This document shows positions 46,046 through 56,388 of a DNA stretch of 64,000 bases, piece after piece. The DNA comes from Nitrospirales bacterium (lineage in GTDB: Bacteria > Nitrospirota > Nitrospiria > Nitrospirales > UBA8639). Location: assembly GCA_963422365.1 (NCBI GenBank), contig OY729426.1, forward strand, positions 1,152,001-1,216,000, written 5' to 3'. The translations under genes were made by a program, and so were the position numbers. The notes under the pieces were generated by a model. The model was not told the DNA's origin. It was given only the letters and a program-made list of their open reading frames with translations, and made no database searches. The number at the start of each line of letters is the position of its first letter. Position 1 is the stretch's first letter.

Positions 46046-46209
46046 GCGATTCACCGCGTTGTTGCATTCCGTATGGTGTGCAGGACGCCAATTTTCTGTG
46101 AAAGCGAAAGGTTGTCAAAACCACAAAAGACGCACCATGCGATGGTCACAGAGACAAGGACTTTGGCAGCCAGATTGATCTCACGTCGATGTCCGTAGGT
46201 AAGTAAAGT

Positions 46210-46452
46210 ATGGCAGCCTTAAAATTTGAAGATGCCTTAGCCCGGCTTGAGACAATAGTCACCGAGCTAGAAAGAGGGGATCTCCCCCTGAATGATTCCT
46301 TGAAGATGTTTGAAGAGGGGATCAAGCTCTCTAAAACCTGTCTCAAGATGCTGGATGATGCGGAACGGAAAGTGGAAATTATGGTGCAAGATAAAGATGG
46401 GAAAAAGCGAGTAGAAGCCTATTCCGTCGAGGAAGAAGGAGGACGAAGCTGA
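46210..46452 (+). CDS. xseB: Exodeoxyribonuclease VII small subunit
   Basis: FEDALARLETIVTELERGDLPL...FEEG...LDDAERKV. Confidence 0.97.
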   Translation: MAALKFEDALARLETIVTELERGDLPLNDSLKMFEEGIKLSKTCLKMLDDAERKVEIMVQDKDGKKRVEAYSVEEEGGRS

Positions 46453-46534
46453 ACGCCAACCTGTCAGCCTGTAGCCTTGTAAAAGTAAACGGCCTTTCCC
46501 GACACGCCGACCGGCCAGAGACGTCATCCCTGAA

Positions 46535-47335
46535 TTGATGACGCACCATCAAAAAATTCCCAAACAGCGACTTGACGAAGTGCTGGTCAGGCGTCAGTTG
46601 GCCGGCAGCCGGGAACAGGCTCATCGGATGATATTGGCTGGATCAGTCAAAGTCGATGGGATGCGCGTGGAAAAACGGGCGACACTTGTTTCAGGGCAGG
46701 TTTCCATTGAAGTGGAAGGGCAGGCGAGCCCTTTTGTGAGTCGGGGAGGAGCAAAACTCTCGGCAGCGTTAGACGCCTTTTCCCTCCACGTTTCGGACCG
46801 TATGGCCTTGGATGTTGGTGCGTCGACAGGCGGGTTTACGGATTGTCTCCTCCAGCACGGGGCCCGTCGGGTCTATGCTGTGGATGTGGGATATGGGCAA
46901 TTGGACTGGAGCCTCAGAAATGATCAGCGAGTCGTCGTCCTTGAACGATGTAATATTCGGCATCTCGATCCCGCGGCCATTCCTGAGCCCATCCAACTAG
47001 CCGTCATTGATGTCTCCTTCATTTCGCTGCGTTTGGTTTTGCCCTGTGTGATCAAATTTCTGGCTCCTGAGGCGACGGCCGTTGCCCTTGTCAAGCCACA
47101 ATTTGAAGCTGGCATTAAGCAGGTGGGGCGAGGCGGCGTGGTTCGGGATGATGAGATCCGCCAGGAGGTGGCGCAGCGTATCCAAGGCATGGCTCAACAG
47201 TTGGGATTTGATTGCCTCGGGCTTTTCGATTCCCCCGTGCAAGGGAAAAAGGGGAATCGTGAAATTCTTTTGGGTCTGCGATGGACCGTGTCGGCTTCAG
47301 TGAACTCATGTCCACGACCTAAGGAGGGGGTATGA
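46535..47335 (+). CDS. tlyA: TlyA family rRNA methyltransferase
   Basis: S4 domain, VSRGGAKL, DVGASTGGFTD, DVSFISL, KPQFE, GNRE. Confidence 0.95.
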   Translation: MMTHHQKIPKQRLDEVLVRRQLAGSREQAHRMILAGSVKVDGMRVEKRATLVSGQVSIEVEGQASPFVSRGGAKLSAALDAFSLHVSDRMALDVGASTGGFTDCLLQHGARRVYAVDVGYGQLDWSLRNDQRVVVLERCNIRHLDPAAIPEPIQLAVIDVSFISLRLVLPCVIKFLAPEATAVALVKPQFEAGIKQVGRGGVVRDDEIRQEVAQRIQGMAQQLGFDCLGLFDSPVQGKKGNREILLGLRWTVSASVNSCPRPKEGV

Positions 47336-48255
47336 ATATTTTAGTAACGGGCGGTGCAGGCTTTATCGGGTCTCATATCGTAGACCAGTTCGTCCAAGAG
47401 TGTCATCGCGTCTCCGTGATTGATAATCTCTCCACCGGGAAACGAAAGCAAGTTCACCGCGAAGCTGTCTTCTACAAATTGGATGTGTGCAGTAGACGAG
47501 TGGAACAGGTGTTTAAAAAAGAACATCCTGCGATGATCGTCCATATGGCCGCTCAAATGAATGTCCGGAAGTCTACGGAGGATCCTGTATTCGATGCGGA
47601 CGTGAACATTCTGGGAACCCTTAGGCTCTTAGAGTTGGCCGTTCGATACGGCGCCAGAAAAATTCTTTTTGCCTCTTCCGGCGGCGCGGTGTATGGCGAA
47701 CAAGAGACGTTTCCGGCTTCAGAATCTCATCCCACTCGACCCCTGTCCCCCTATGGGATCAGTAAATTAACCTGCGAATACTATCTCGAGTACTATCGCC
47801 ACGTTGCCGGGCTGAAGTCCGTGGCCCTCCGGTTCGCCAATGTTTATGGCCCGAGACAAAATTCAGCCGGCGAAGCCGGCGTCGTCGCGATTTTCACGCA
47901 AAACCTGCTTACAGGTGAACAAGCCAGGATTAACGGCACTGGGTTCCAGACGCGGGATTATGTTTACGTTGGAGACGTGGTGGAAGCGGTGCGGGCGGTA
48001 TTCGCCCCACACGTAGAGGGAATTTTCAATGTTGGAACCGGCGTAGAAACATCTGTGAATGAGATGTTCACCCAGCTAAAAAAAATGACAAACTCAACGT
48101 GTCACGCAATTCACGGCCCCGCGAAAAAAGGCGAACAAATGCGGAGCGTGCTCGATGCGAGTAAACTGGAGAAAGAGACAGAGTGGGCACCGAACGTGTT
48201 CCTCTCGGAAGGATTAAATGAAACGGTGACATTTTTTCAGCAGCAGAAGTCTTAG
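47332..48255 (+). CDS. NAD-dependent epimerase/dehydratase (UDP-glucose 4-epimerase-like)
   Basis: TGGAGFIG, YGISK, NVYGPRQ, RDYVYV. Confidence 0.9.
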   Translation: MNILVTGGAGFIGSHIVDQFVQECHRVSVIDNLSTGKRKQVHREAVFYKLDVCSRRVEQVFKKEHPAMIVHMAAQMNVRKSTEDPVFDADVNILGTLRLLELAVRYGARKILFASSGGAVYGEQETFPASESHPTRPLSPYGISKLTCEYYLEYYRHVAGLKSVALRFANVYGPRQNSAGEAGVVAIFTQNLLTGEQARINGTGFQTRDYVYVGDVVEAVRAVFAPHVEGIFNVGTGVETSVNEMFTQLKKMTNSTCHAIHGPAKKGEQMRSVLDASKLEKETEWAPNVFLSEGLNETVTFFQQQKS

Positions 48256-48261
48256 CAAATC

Positions 48262-48295
48262 GTGAAGCGCGCAACGCTTCCCATCGGCGCTTCAC
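48262..48295. terminator. Inverted repeat between convergent genes
   Basis: gtgaagcgc ... gcgcttcac 9-bp stem; no U-tract. Confidence 0.4.
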
Positions 48296-48301
48296 TGATG
48301 G

Positions 48302-48622
48302 TCAATAGCGCGGAATCGATTGGTCAATTTGGACAGACCAGGCGTCAATGCCCCCGATCAGGTTTTTGACATTGGAAAATCCTTGCTGGAGGAGAAATCC
48401 CACGGCATCGGCACTTCGCATGCCTTTATGACACAAGGCCACGATTTCATCAGTCGGGTCTAGCTGATTGAGCGATTGGGGCAAAGTGCCCAATGGAATT
48501 AATGTTGCCCCTTCGATTCTGGCCATAGAAAATTCATGCGGTTCTCGAACATCCAATAAAAACACCTTGTCCCCTTTATCCATACGATCTTTTAGTTCTT
48601 GAACTGTCATGGTGTCACTCAT
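48302..48622 (-). CDS. Rhodanese-like sulfurtransferase
   Basis: LLDVREPHE, CHKGMRS, NLIGGIDAW. Confidence 0.9.
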   Translation of the reverse strand: MSDTMTVQELKDRMDKGDKVFLLDVREPHEFSMARIEGATLIPLGTLPQSLNQLDPTDEIVALCHKGMRSADAVGFLLQQGFSNVKNLIGGIDAWSVQIDQSIPRY

Positions 48623-48800
48623 GTGCGGACCTCCTTTAAGAAAAGATGATAGTCTTGGCAGGGCGCTGATGTCAATTCACGTTCGCGGGACATGGTGCCA
48701 ATCGCAGGGGTATGCTCTCAACTTGCTCTCCTTGTAAGAGTGGCGTTTTCGCAGAGGGTATCGTGTTTTTCAATTTCTTGATGAAGGCGTACCTGTTGGT

Positions 48801-50102
48801 ATGAGTGTTCCCCCAATCGTCTCTATCTCTCATATTGCTGAAATGGTTGGGCAGGAGGTTCGCCTCCAAGGGTGGGTACGGCATCATCGATCAAGCGGCA
48901 AACTGCAGTTTCTCACACTTCGGGATGGGTCGGGGGATATACAGGCCATTTTGAGCAAAGCGACATTAGGGGAGGAACAATTCGGCCTCGCGAATCAATT
49001 CACTCAAGAATCCTCTTTGGCAGTCACTGGAGTTCCTCGTGCGGAGGCACGGGCTCCGGGTGGGTATGAAATAGAAGTGACCGCCTTCGAAATTCTTCAC
49101 ATCGCCGAGTCTTTTCCCGTTCAACCCAAAGAGCATGGCGTTGGGTTTTTGATGGACCACCGCCATCTCTGGCTTCGTTCAACACGGCAACAGGCCATCC
49201 TGAAAATTCGGCATGCACTGATTAAGGCCTGTCGAGACTTTTTCGACGAACGGGAGTTTGTCTTGATTGATGCCCCCATTTTTACGCCAAACGCGTGCGA
49301 AGGCACGACCACCCTCTTTCAAACGCAATATTTTGAGGAAACAGCCTACCTGACTCAAAGCGCACAGTTGTATGGAGAAGCGGCTGCCGCAGCCTTTGGA
49401 AAAGTGTATTGCTTTGGCCCGGCGTTTCGGGCGGAGCAATCCAAAACTCGTCGGCACTTGATGGAATTTTGGATGGTGGAGCCTGAAATGGCGTTTGCGG
49501 AATTGCCCGATGTGATGGACGTCGCCGAGGCGTTTGTGGTGAGGGTAGTAGAACGGGTCTTAGAAAAATGTCGGAACGAATTACAGGTGTTGGAACGAGA
49601 TATTTCCAAATTGGAAGCGATTGTTCCACCTTTTCCGCGACTCACCTATGATGAAGCGATTCTGCGTCTGCAGCGCCTGGGGTCGTCGCTACAAGAAGGA
49701 GATGATTTTGGGGCGGATGATGAAACCGTCTTGTCCAATCAATTTGAGAAACCCATTCTGGTGCATCGGTATCCCGCGACGGTCAAGGCCTTTTATATGC
49801 AACCCGACCCTGAAAATCCTGCCAGAGCGCTGTGCATGGACGTGTTGGCTCCAGAAGGATACGGCGAAATCATCGGGGGGGGGCAACGCATTCATGATTA
49901 CGAGACATTAGCCGCACGATTGCAGGACCATCAACTTGCTGCAGATGCCTTCCGGTGGTATTTGGACCTGCGCCGATATGGATCGGTTCCCCATGCTGGT
50001 TTTGGAATGGGGATTGAGCGAGCCGTGGCCTGGATTTGTGGTATTGCCCACGTTCGTGAAACCATCCCCTTTCCGCGTATGCTCTCTCGACTGTACCCCT
50101 AG
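48801..50102 (+). CDS. asnS: Asparagine--tRNA ligase
   Basis: OB fold, [51 protein letters not shown]. Confidence 0.95.
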   Translation: MSVPPIVSISHIAEMVGQEVRLQGWVRHHRSSGKLQFLTLRDGSGDIQAILSKATLGEEQFGLANQFTQESSLAVTGVPRAEARAPGGYEIEVTAFEILHIAESFPVQPKEHGVGFLMDHRHLWLRSTRQQAILKIRHALIKACRDFFDEREFVLIDAPIFTPNACEGTTTLFQTQYFEETAYLTQSAQLYGEAAAAAFGKVYCFGPAFRAEQSKTRRHLMEFWMVEPEMAFAELPDVMDVAEAFVVRVVERVLEKCRNELQVLERDISKLEAIVPPFPRLTYDEAILRLQRLGSSLQEGDDFGADDETVLSNQFEKPILVHRYPATVKAFYMQPDPENPARALCMDVLAPEGYGEIIGGGQRIHDYETLAARLQDHQLAADAFRWYLDLRRYGSVPHAGFGMGIERAVAWICGIAHVRETIPFPRMLSRLYP

Positions 50103-50249
50103 CCATATGAGGCCTGTCCCGGGCTGTGAACCGGGAGGCGGCTCTACATTTTCCAGGCCCCTTCCACAACCTACATCCGTGTAAATTTTTTGTGTAGAAA
50201 GCGCTCCCCACGTCTTGGCTTGCCGATAGCAATAAGTGTTTGAATTCCC

Positions 50250-50325
50250 TTGACAAAATTCTGAATATGAGTATATTCGCCCATTAAATGGAATAAAGTG
50301 GTAATAAGTGGGAGGCATGTGGGGA
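50250..50325 (+). promoter_or_regulatory. dcw promoter with MraZ-type (A/G)TGG boxes
   Basis: TTGACA-16 nt-TATATT, then ATGG/GTGG at 50288, 50298, 50308, 50319. Confidence 0.75.
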
Positions 50326-51267
50326 TCGTTGGATCATTCGATTCATGTTCCGGTTTTATTAGAGGAGGTCGTGGCTTGGTTACGGCCACGCGCACAAGGA
50401 TGTTACCTGGATTGTACGATAGGCTTAGGTGGGATGGCCGAGCATATTCTGAAGGCAAGCGAGCCCGATGGCATTCTCATTGGGATTGACCAGGATCCTC
50501 AGGCGATTGCTTATACACAGACAAGGCTTCAAGCCTACCAGTCCAGGATCCACCTGTTTTGCGAAAACTTTCAAGAGGTGCAGTCGGTGATGAGCTTGGC
50601 CAACAGAGAACGCGTGGACGGCATTCTATTCGATTTAGGGGTGTCTTCGGCTCAATTGGATCAGCCCGAGCGAGGGTTGAGTTTTCAGCATGATGGGCCC
50701 TTGGATATGCGCATGAATCCTACTCGTGGTCAATCAGTGGAAGACCTTGTCAATACGCTGCCTGAAACGCAACTTGCCGATATGATTTATGCGTTAGGGG
50801 ACGAACGATATTCACGACGAATTGCACGGGCCATCGTGGATGCTCGCCGCCGAGCCCCCCTTCGGACCACAATGGACTTATCTCGGCTGATTCAACAATC
50901 CGTGCCCCGGTCTTATCGTTACGGGCGACTTCATCCTGCGACGCGGACCTTTCAGGCGTTTCGTCTAGCGGTCAATAACGAATTAGGTGCGTTGAAAACC
51001 GGGCTCGACAAGGTCATTGGTGTCTTGGCCCCCGAAGGACGTCTGTGTGTCATTGCTTTTCACTCCCTGGAAGATCGTTTAGTGAAACAGGCGTTTCGGC
51101 GTCTGGCCCAGGAGGCTCCGGACCAATGGGATGTTTTGACGAAGAAACCCGTTTCCCCTTCCGAGGAGGAACGTCGAACCAATCCCCGTGCACGCAGTGC
51201 GAAGTTGCGAGTCATGGCACGAAAGCCGGGGGGTAAAGACACGCAAGTCGGAAAGGGCCATGCATGA
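50317..51267 (+). CDS. rsmH: 16S rRNA m4C1402 methyltransferase (start uncertain)
   Basis: HVPVLLEE, DLGVSS, GPLDMRM, HPATRTFQA, FHSLEDR, NPRARSAKLR. Confidence 0.97.
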   Translation: MWGSLDHSIHVPVLLEEVVAWLRPRAQGCYLDCTIGLGGMAEHILKASEPDGILIGIDQDPQAIAYTQTRLQAYQSRIHLFCENFQEVQSVMSLANRERVDGILFDLGVSSAQLDQPERGLSFQHDGPLDMRMNPTRGQSVEDLVNTLPETQLADMIYALGDERYSRRIARAIVDARRRAPLRTTMDLSRLIQQSVPRSYRYGRLHPATRTFQAFRLAVNNELGALKTGLDKVIGVLAPEGRLCVIAFHSLEDRLVKQAFRRLAQEAPDQWDVLTKKPVSPSEEERRTNPRARSAKLRVMARKPGGKDTQVGKGHA

Positions 51268-51596
51268 AATTATTTCTCTCGCTGTTGCTGACGGTGAGCT
51301 TGAGTGGGGTGCTCCTCTTGTATGTGTGGGAAAAAGTCGATGTCGTACGAGTGGGATATGAGTTAGACGCCTTATTGAAACAGAAAGCGGCATTAGCGCG
51401 GGAGCATGACCGGTTACAGATCCGATTCTCTCGGTTAACGGCATCTGACCGCATTGCCTCAGAGGCCAACAAGAAGCTGGGGATGAAACTTCCACGCCCG
51501 AGGCAGGTGGTCCTGGTTCCGAGCGGTACGGAGAACGGGAGGCCAGGCGACGGTCTTGCTCCTCCGCTTCGTTTAGCCCAGCAAACAGGATATTGA
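51264..51596 (+). CDS. ftsL: Cell division protein FtsL
   Basis: TM plus leucine zipper, RIASEANKKLGM; between rsmH and ftsI. Confidence 0.85.
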   Translation: MKLFLSLLLTVSLSGVLLLYVWEKVDVVRVGYELDALLKQKAALAREHDRLQIRFSRLTASDRIASEANKKLGMKLPRPRQVVLVPSGTENGRPGDGLAPPLRLAQQTGY

Positions 51597-53320
51597 CAAT
51601 GAATCGGTCATTCATGAAGCAGGAATTCAATTTAGAGAAGGAGGGGGGCGGACGACGAGCCTTACTGGGCCTGTGTTTTCTCGTTGGATTCACCATTCTC
51701 CTCTTTCGTTTTTTTGATCTTCAGGTGCTTCAAGCAGAAATGATGACGAAAAAAGCTCGCCGTCAGCATGAGAAGACGATCACCCTTGATGCGAGCCGCG
51801 GTGCCATTTTCGATCGACAAGGGGAACCGTTGGCGTTAAATCTGGATGTGCCGTCAGTGTATGCCACTCCATCTTCCATTGACAGCCCGACACTCGTCGC
51901 TCGCCAACTCGCACAGGTGCTGGATATTCCTCGAGGATCTTTGGAAAAGCGATTACGGGCCAAACGAGAATTTGTTTGGATTAAACGGAAAATTGATGAC
52001 TCCCTTGTCGAACGTGTGAATGACCTTGCTCTCTCTGGGGTTGACACCCTCATTGAGGCACGTCGATTTTATCCCAAGGGGACATTGTTAGCGCACGTCC
52101 TTGGATTTGCGGGAATCGACAGTCAGGGCCTTGAGGGGCTCGAAAATGGATATGACGAACACCTTCGGGGCCAGGTGCGTCAGGTGGTGTTGCATCGAGA
52201 TGCGCTGGGTCGAGGCATCATTCCCGAAGGCCGGCGAAAGTCTCAGCCCCTTTCCGGAGATGCCATCTCTCTGACCATCGATGAAGTCATTCAATATATC
52301 GCGGAGCAAGCCCTGGAACAGGTCGTACAGGACACCAAGGCACAAGGTGGGGCCATTCTTGTCATGGATCCCAAAACTGGCGAGATGTTGGCTTGGGCCC
52401 TTCACCCCACGTTTGACCCGAATCATATCCAACAGGCGTCACCCGAGCAGTGGAGAAATCGGGCCGTGACCGATCCCTACGAGCCAGGATCGACCCTCAA
52501 AGTGGTGCTGGCCGCTGCTGCCTTGGAATTGAATTCTGTGCGCCCCGATACCCGTATTTATGCTGGGGATGGCGAGGTGCCGATTAGCGACACCGTTATT
52601 CATGACCACGAAAAAGCCGGATGGGTGACGTTTCGTGAAGCCATGCAACAATCCAGTAATGTGGTCTTCGTCAAAACGGCGGTGGCGTTGGGCAAGGAAC
52701 CGGTCTATCGGTTTTTGCAGGCATTCGGCTTTGGCGAAAGAACGGGCATCGATCTTCCTGGGGAATCGATTGGCATCTTGAAAAGACCGGATCAATGGAG
52801 TCAACGCAGCCTCCCCTCTTTGGCTATAGGGCAGGAAATTGCGGTCACGCCGTTGCAGCTTGTGACGGCCATGTCGGCTGTTGCCAACCAAGGATGGCTC
52901 ATGAGGCCGTTTCTGGTACGGGAAATTTTCGACCACCAGGGAAGAAGCGTCAGGGAGTACACTCCTCATATTCGTCGCCGTCCCATTAGTGCCGAGACGG
53001 CACAAACCCTCACGGATCTCTTGGTCAATGTGGTGGAACGAGGGACGGGAATGCGCGCGGCTATACCGGGCTATCGGGTGGCGGGTAAGACTGGAACGGC
53101 TCAGAAGTTTGATCCTGCAATAGGCACGTATTCATCCACCAAATCAGTGGGATCGTTTGTTGGATTTGTCCCGGCAGAGAATCCGCAATTAACCATATTG
53201 GTGATGATTGATGAACCGCAAGCCCCAGCTTGGGGAGGGGTGGTCGCGGCTCCGGTGTTTCGGCAGGTGGCGGAACAGGCGCTCCGATATTTAAACGTGG
53301 CTCCTGGCAAAGAAGCCTGA
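51593..53320 (+). CDS. ftsI: Division transpeptidase PBP3
   Basis: RGAIFDR, EPGSTLK, SSN, KTGTAQK. Confidence 0.95.
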   Translation: MTMNRSFMKQEFNLEKEGGGRRALLGLCFLVGFTILLFRFFDLQVLQAEMMTKKARRQHEKTITLDASRGAIFDRQGEPLALNLDVPSVYATPSSIDSPTLVARQLAQVLDIPRGSLEKRLRAKREFVWIKRKIDDSLVERVNDLALSGVDTLIEARRFYPKGTLLAHVLGFAGIDSQGLEGLENGYDEHLRGQVRQVVLHRDALGRGIIPEGRRKSQPLSGDAISLTIDEVIQYIAEQALEQVVQDTKAQGGAILVMDPKTGEMLAWALHPTFDPNHIQQASPEQWRNRAVTDPYEPGSTLKVVLAAAALELNSVRPDTRIYAGDGEVPISDTVIHDHEKAGWVTFREAMQQSSNVVFVKTAVALGKEPVYRFLQAFGFGERTGIDLPGESIGILKRPDQWSQRSLPSLAIGQEIAVTPLQLVTAMSAVANQGWLMRPFLVREIFDHQGRSVREYTPHIRRRPISAETAQTLTDLLVNVVERGTGMRAAIPGYRVAGKTGTAQKFDPAIGTYSSTKSVGSFVGFVPAENPQLTILVMIDEPQAPAWGGVVAAPVFRQVAEQALRYLNVAPGKEA

Positions 53321-53403
53321 ATGGCAGCGTCAGGTTCAAGGCTTGCACTCGACGTTGACAATCGGGGGGGGGCTGACTTCGACGGGTCTCAGCCAAACAG
53401 GGA

Positions 53404-54924
53404 ATGACGTTAGCGAAATTACTGCTGCCTCTGGAAATCGTCAGCACGACGGGCAACCTTGATGTGGAACTGTCCGGCATTACGGATGATTCGCGGGAAG
53501 TTGTCGAAGGGAGGTTGTTTGTGGCTGTCAAAGGGCAGCAGGTCGATGGGCATTCTTTTGTCGCCCAGGTATGTCGGCAACAGGTAGGGGGTGTTCTGGT
53601 TCAAGCTCCATTTCAGGCTCCGTCCTACGTCAAGAAAAAAGCCAGACCGGCTTGGGTTGAGGTCAGAGATTCAAGGAAGGCCCTCGGTCAGTTAGCCGCG
53701 CGGTTTTTTCAGAACCCCTCGCAGGCCTTAACCATGGTGGGAGTCACGGGGACTAATGGGAAAACCACGGTGGCGCATATGAGCCAGGCTGTCCTGGAAT
53801 ATGGCGGCTACCGAACGGGCCTCATGGGCACGGTGGGATACCGCGTTGGTGCCGAGTATCAGGCGGCCAGTCACACGACGCCGGGCGCCATTCCTCTGCA
53901 GGCGTTCTTGCATCGTATGGCGGAGGCGGAGATGGAGGCAGCGGTCTTGGAAGTCTCCTCGCACGCCCTCGCGTTGGACCGGGTCGAAGGCTGTGAATTT
54001 GACATTGTGGTCTTTACGAATTTGACCCAAGACCATTTGGATTTCCACGACACGATGGAGTCCTACTATCACGCGAAATTACGCCTCTTTCAAGAGTTTG
54101 CTGTCCCAACATCCAAAGCACAACCCAAACGAGCGATCATCAATGTCGACGATGCATGGGGTGTCCGATTGAAAGCCGAGACCTCGGTGCCGGTATGGAC
54201 CTATTCCCTTCTCCAGCGCGCGGACATTCACGCGACGGACATTGCGCTCTCTCTGGATGGCACCCGGTTTACCGCCCATACCCCACATGGTTCATTGGCT
54301 ATCCAGAGTCCCTTGGTCGGGAAACACAATGTGTCGAACCTCTTGGCGAGCATAGGCGTCGGTCTCGCGCGCGGAATGTCTCTGGATGCCGTTCGGCAGG
54401 GTATCCGGGGCTGTCAACCGGTGCCAGGGCGGTTTGAGCGCGTGGAGGCAGGACAAGACTTTTCGGTGATTGTGGATTATGCCCATACAGAAGATGCGTT
54501 GGTCCAACTCTTGGCCGCCGCACATGAACTTCGACGAGAGCGGATTCTTACGGTTTTTGGTTGCGGGGGGGATCGTGATCCTGGGAAGCGACCGAAAATG
54601 GGGCGGGTGGCTGCACAACACAGTGACGCAGTCTTTCTGACCTCGGATAACCCTCGTACCGAAGATCCTGAGGCGATTCTGCGCGATATTGAACAAGGGG
54701 TGCTGAGTCTTTCGGCGTCAGAACGCGGAGTGTCGCACATCATCCCTGATCGTCGAGCGGCCATTCGGGCGGCGCTTCTTGAAGCTCGGCCAGGCGACAT
54801 GGTGTTGATCGCCGGAAAAGGGCATGAAGATTATCAAGTCATTGGCGAGACGCGGCACCATTTTGATGATCGAAAAGCGGCTCGTGAACTGTTGGCGGGC
54901 TTGCCGAACAGTCGGAGGCGATAG
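53404..54924 (+). CDS. murE: UDP-MurNAc-tripeptide synthetase (DAP type)
   Basis: GTNGKTT, EVSSH, DHLDFH, DYAHT, DNPR, GKGHE. Confidence 0.97.
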   Translation: MTLAKLLLPLEIVSTTGNLDVELSGITDDSREVVEGRLFVAVKGQQVDGHSFVAQVCRQQVGGVLVQAPFQAPSYVKKKARPAWVEVRDSRKALGQLAARFFQNPSQALTMVGVTGTNGKTTVAHMSQAVLEYGGYRTGLMGTVGYRVGAEYQAASHTTPGAIPLQAFLHRMAEAEMEAAVLEVSSHALALDRVEGCEFDIVVFTNLTQDHLDFHDTMESYYHAKLRLFQEFAVPTSKAQPKRAIINVDDAWGVRLKAETSVPVWTYSLLQRADIHATDIALSLDGTRFTAHTPHGSLAIQSPLVGKHNVSNLLASIGVGLARGMSLDAVRQGIRGCQPVPGRFERVEAGQDFSVIVDYAHTEDALVQLLAAAHELRRERILTVFGCGGDRDPGKRPKMGRVAAQHSDAVFLTSDNPRTEDPEAILRDIEQGVLSLSASERGVSHIIPDRRAAIRAALLEARPGDMVLIAGKGHEDYQVIGETRHHFDDRKAARELLAGLPNSRRR

Positions 54925-54935
54925 GTTCCACGACG

Positions 54936-56378
54936 ATGTCGATGTTTACAGGAGAGGAAGTGCTGGCTGCAACGGGGGGAACAGTACTGAGAGGCACGAC
55001 GGGTTGTCGGATCCGACGGATTTGTACTGATTCCCGAAGGGTGCGCAAAGGTGATTTGTTTGTCGCATTGAAAGGCGCACGGTTTGATGGGCATCAGTTT
55101 ATTGAGGAGGTCGTAACTTGTGGGTCGAGGGGGGTCATTCTTGAAGCTCTTCCGCACAATGTGAAGGTCGGGAAAACAATCTCTGCGCGCCGGTCCACCC
55201 TCTCCGAACCCTTAGTTGTCAAGGTCAAAGATTCGTTGAGAGCGTATCAGGACCTTGCGACCTTTCACCGAAAGCGTTTTGACATTCCGGTCATTGCGGT
55301 GACGGGGAGTAATGGCAAAACCACCACAAAGGAGATGGTCGCAAAAATGCTTTCGCAGCGCTGGCGTCTTAGGAAAACACCCGGCAATTTGAACAATCGA
55401 ATCGGGCTGCCGCACACGGTTCTTGGGTTGACCGCATCCCACCAAGTGGCGGTGCTGGAATTCGGGGTGGATGCCGAAGGTCAAACCACACGGTTGGCGG
55501 AAATCGCCCAGCCGACTGTCGGTCTCATTACGAACGTCGGAAATGACCATTTAGAATTCTTTGGAAATGTGGACGGATCTGTTCGTGCAAAAGCCGAATT
55601 GTTGGCCAATCTTCTTCATGATGGCACCATCATTTTGAATGCCGATGACCCGTATTACGATTTTTTTCGACGCCGGGCCCGCTGTTCAGTGGTCTCTTTC
55701 GGATTACAGGATCACGCGGATATTCGCGGGAGTCATATTCGGCAGCAGGGGGCACGAACCGAATTTCGTCTCCATATGACTGGACGGCAACGATCTCATC
55801 GGCTGTCTCTCCATGCGCCTGGGACCCATAATGTGTTGAATGCCCTGGCCGCGATTGCGGTGGGTCACGTCTTGGGGCTGTCGGTCGCAAAAATGGCAAC
55901 CGGCTTGAGACGATTTCGTCCAGTGGCTATGAGGTCTCACGTCTCTTTTTGGCAGGGTATCAGCGTGATTCAGGATTGCTATAACGCCAACCCGGATTCC
56001 ATGAAAGCGGCCGTGACGCTGTTAACGGAATTCGGTGCCGGCCACCGGACCATTGCCGTGCTTGGGGATATGTTGGAGTTGGGAACGGAGACGCAGAAAC
56101 TTCACAGAGAAGTCGGCGCCTTTATCGCCGACAGCCACATTTCATTTTTGATTGCTTGTGGGGCATTCGGCAAGGAGTTGGCTCACGGGGCCTCTGCGGA
56201 GGGTATGCCCCCATCACGGATTTTCGAAGTTCAACGTGTCGGCGATGCGGCACGGGTCCTCAAGAAGCTGGTGGAACCTGGAGATGTCGTGTTACTCAAA
56301 GCCTCCAGAGCCATGCGGTTCGAGGGCCTGGTGGAGGAACTCGCACGCCGCTATCAGCCAACAAACAGACAGCGATAG
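54936..56378 (+). CDS. murF: UDP-MurNAc-pentapeptide synthetase
   Basis: GSNGKTTTKE, NNRIG, DCYNANP, LGDMLELG, KASR. Confidence 0.97.
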   Translation: MSMFTGEEVLAATGGTVLRGTTGCRIRRICTDSRRVRKGDLFVALKGARFDGHQFIEEVVTCGSRGVILEALPHNVKVGKTISARRSTLSEPLVVKVKDSLRAYQDLATFHRKRFDIPVIAVTGSNGKTTTKEMVAKMLSQRWRLRKTPGNLNNRIGLPHTVLGLTASHQVAVLEFGVDAEGQTTRLAEIAQPTVGLITNVGNDHLEFFGNVDGSVRAKAELLANLLHDGTIILNADDPYYDFFRRRARCSVVSFGLQDHADIRGSHIRQQGARTEFRLHMTGRQRSHRLSLHAPGTHNVLNALAAIAVGHVLGLSVAKMATGLRRFRPVAMRSHVSFWQGISVIQDCYNANPDSMKAAVTLLTEFGAGHRTIAVLGDMLELGTETQKLHREVGAFIADSHISFLIACGAFGKELAHGASAEGMPPSRIFEVQRVGDAARVLKKLVEPGDVVLLKASRAMRFEGLVEELARRYQPTNRQR

Positions 56379-56388
56379 GACAAGGCGT

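Noticed and set aside
53363..53372. Poly-G tract between ftsI and murE
   Set aside because: Intergenic, with no evidence of a link to phase variation
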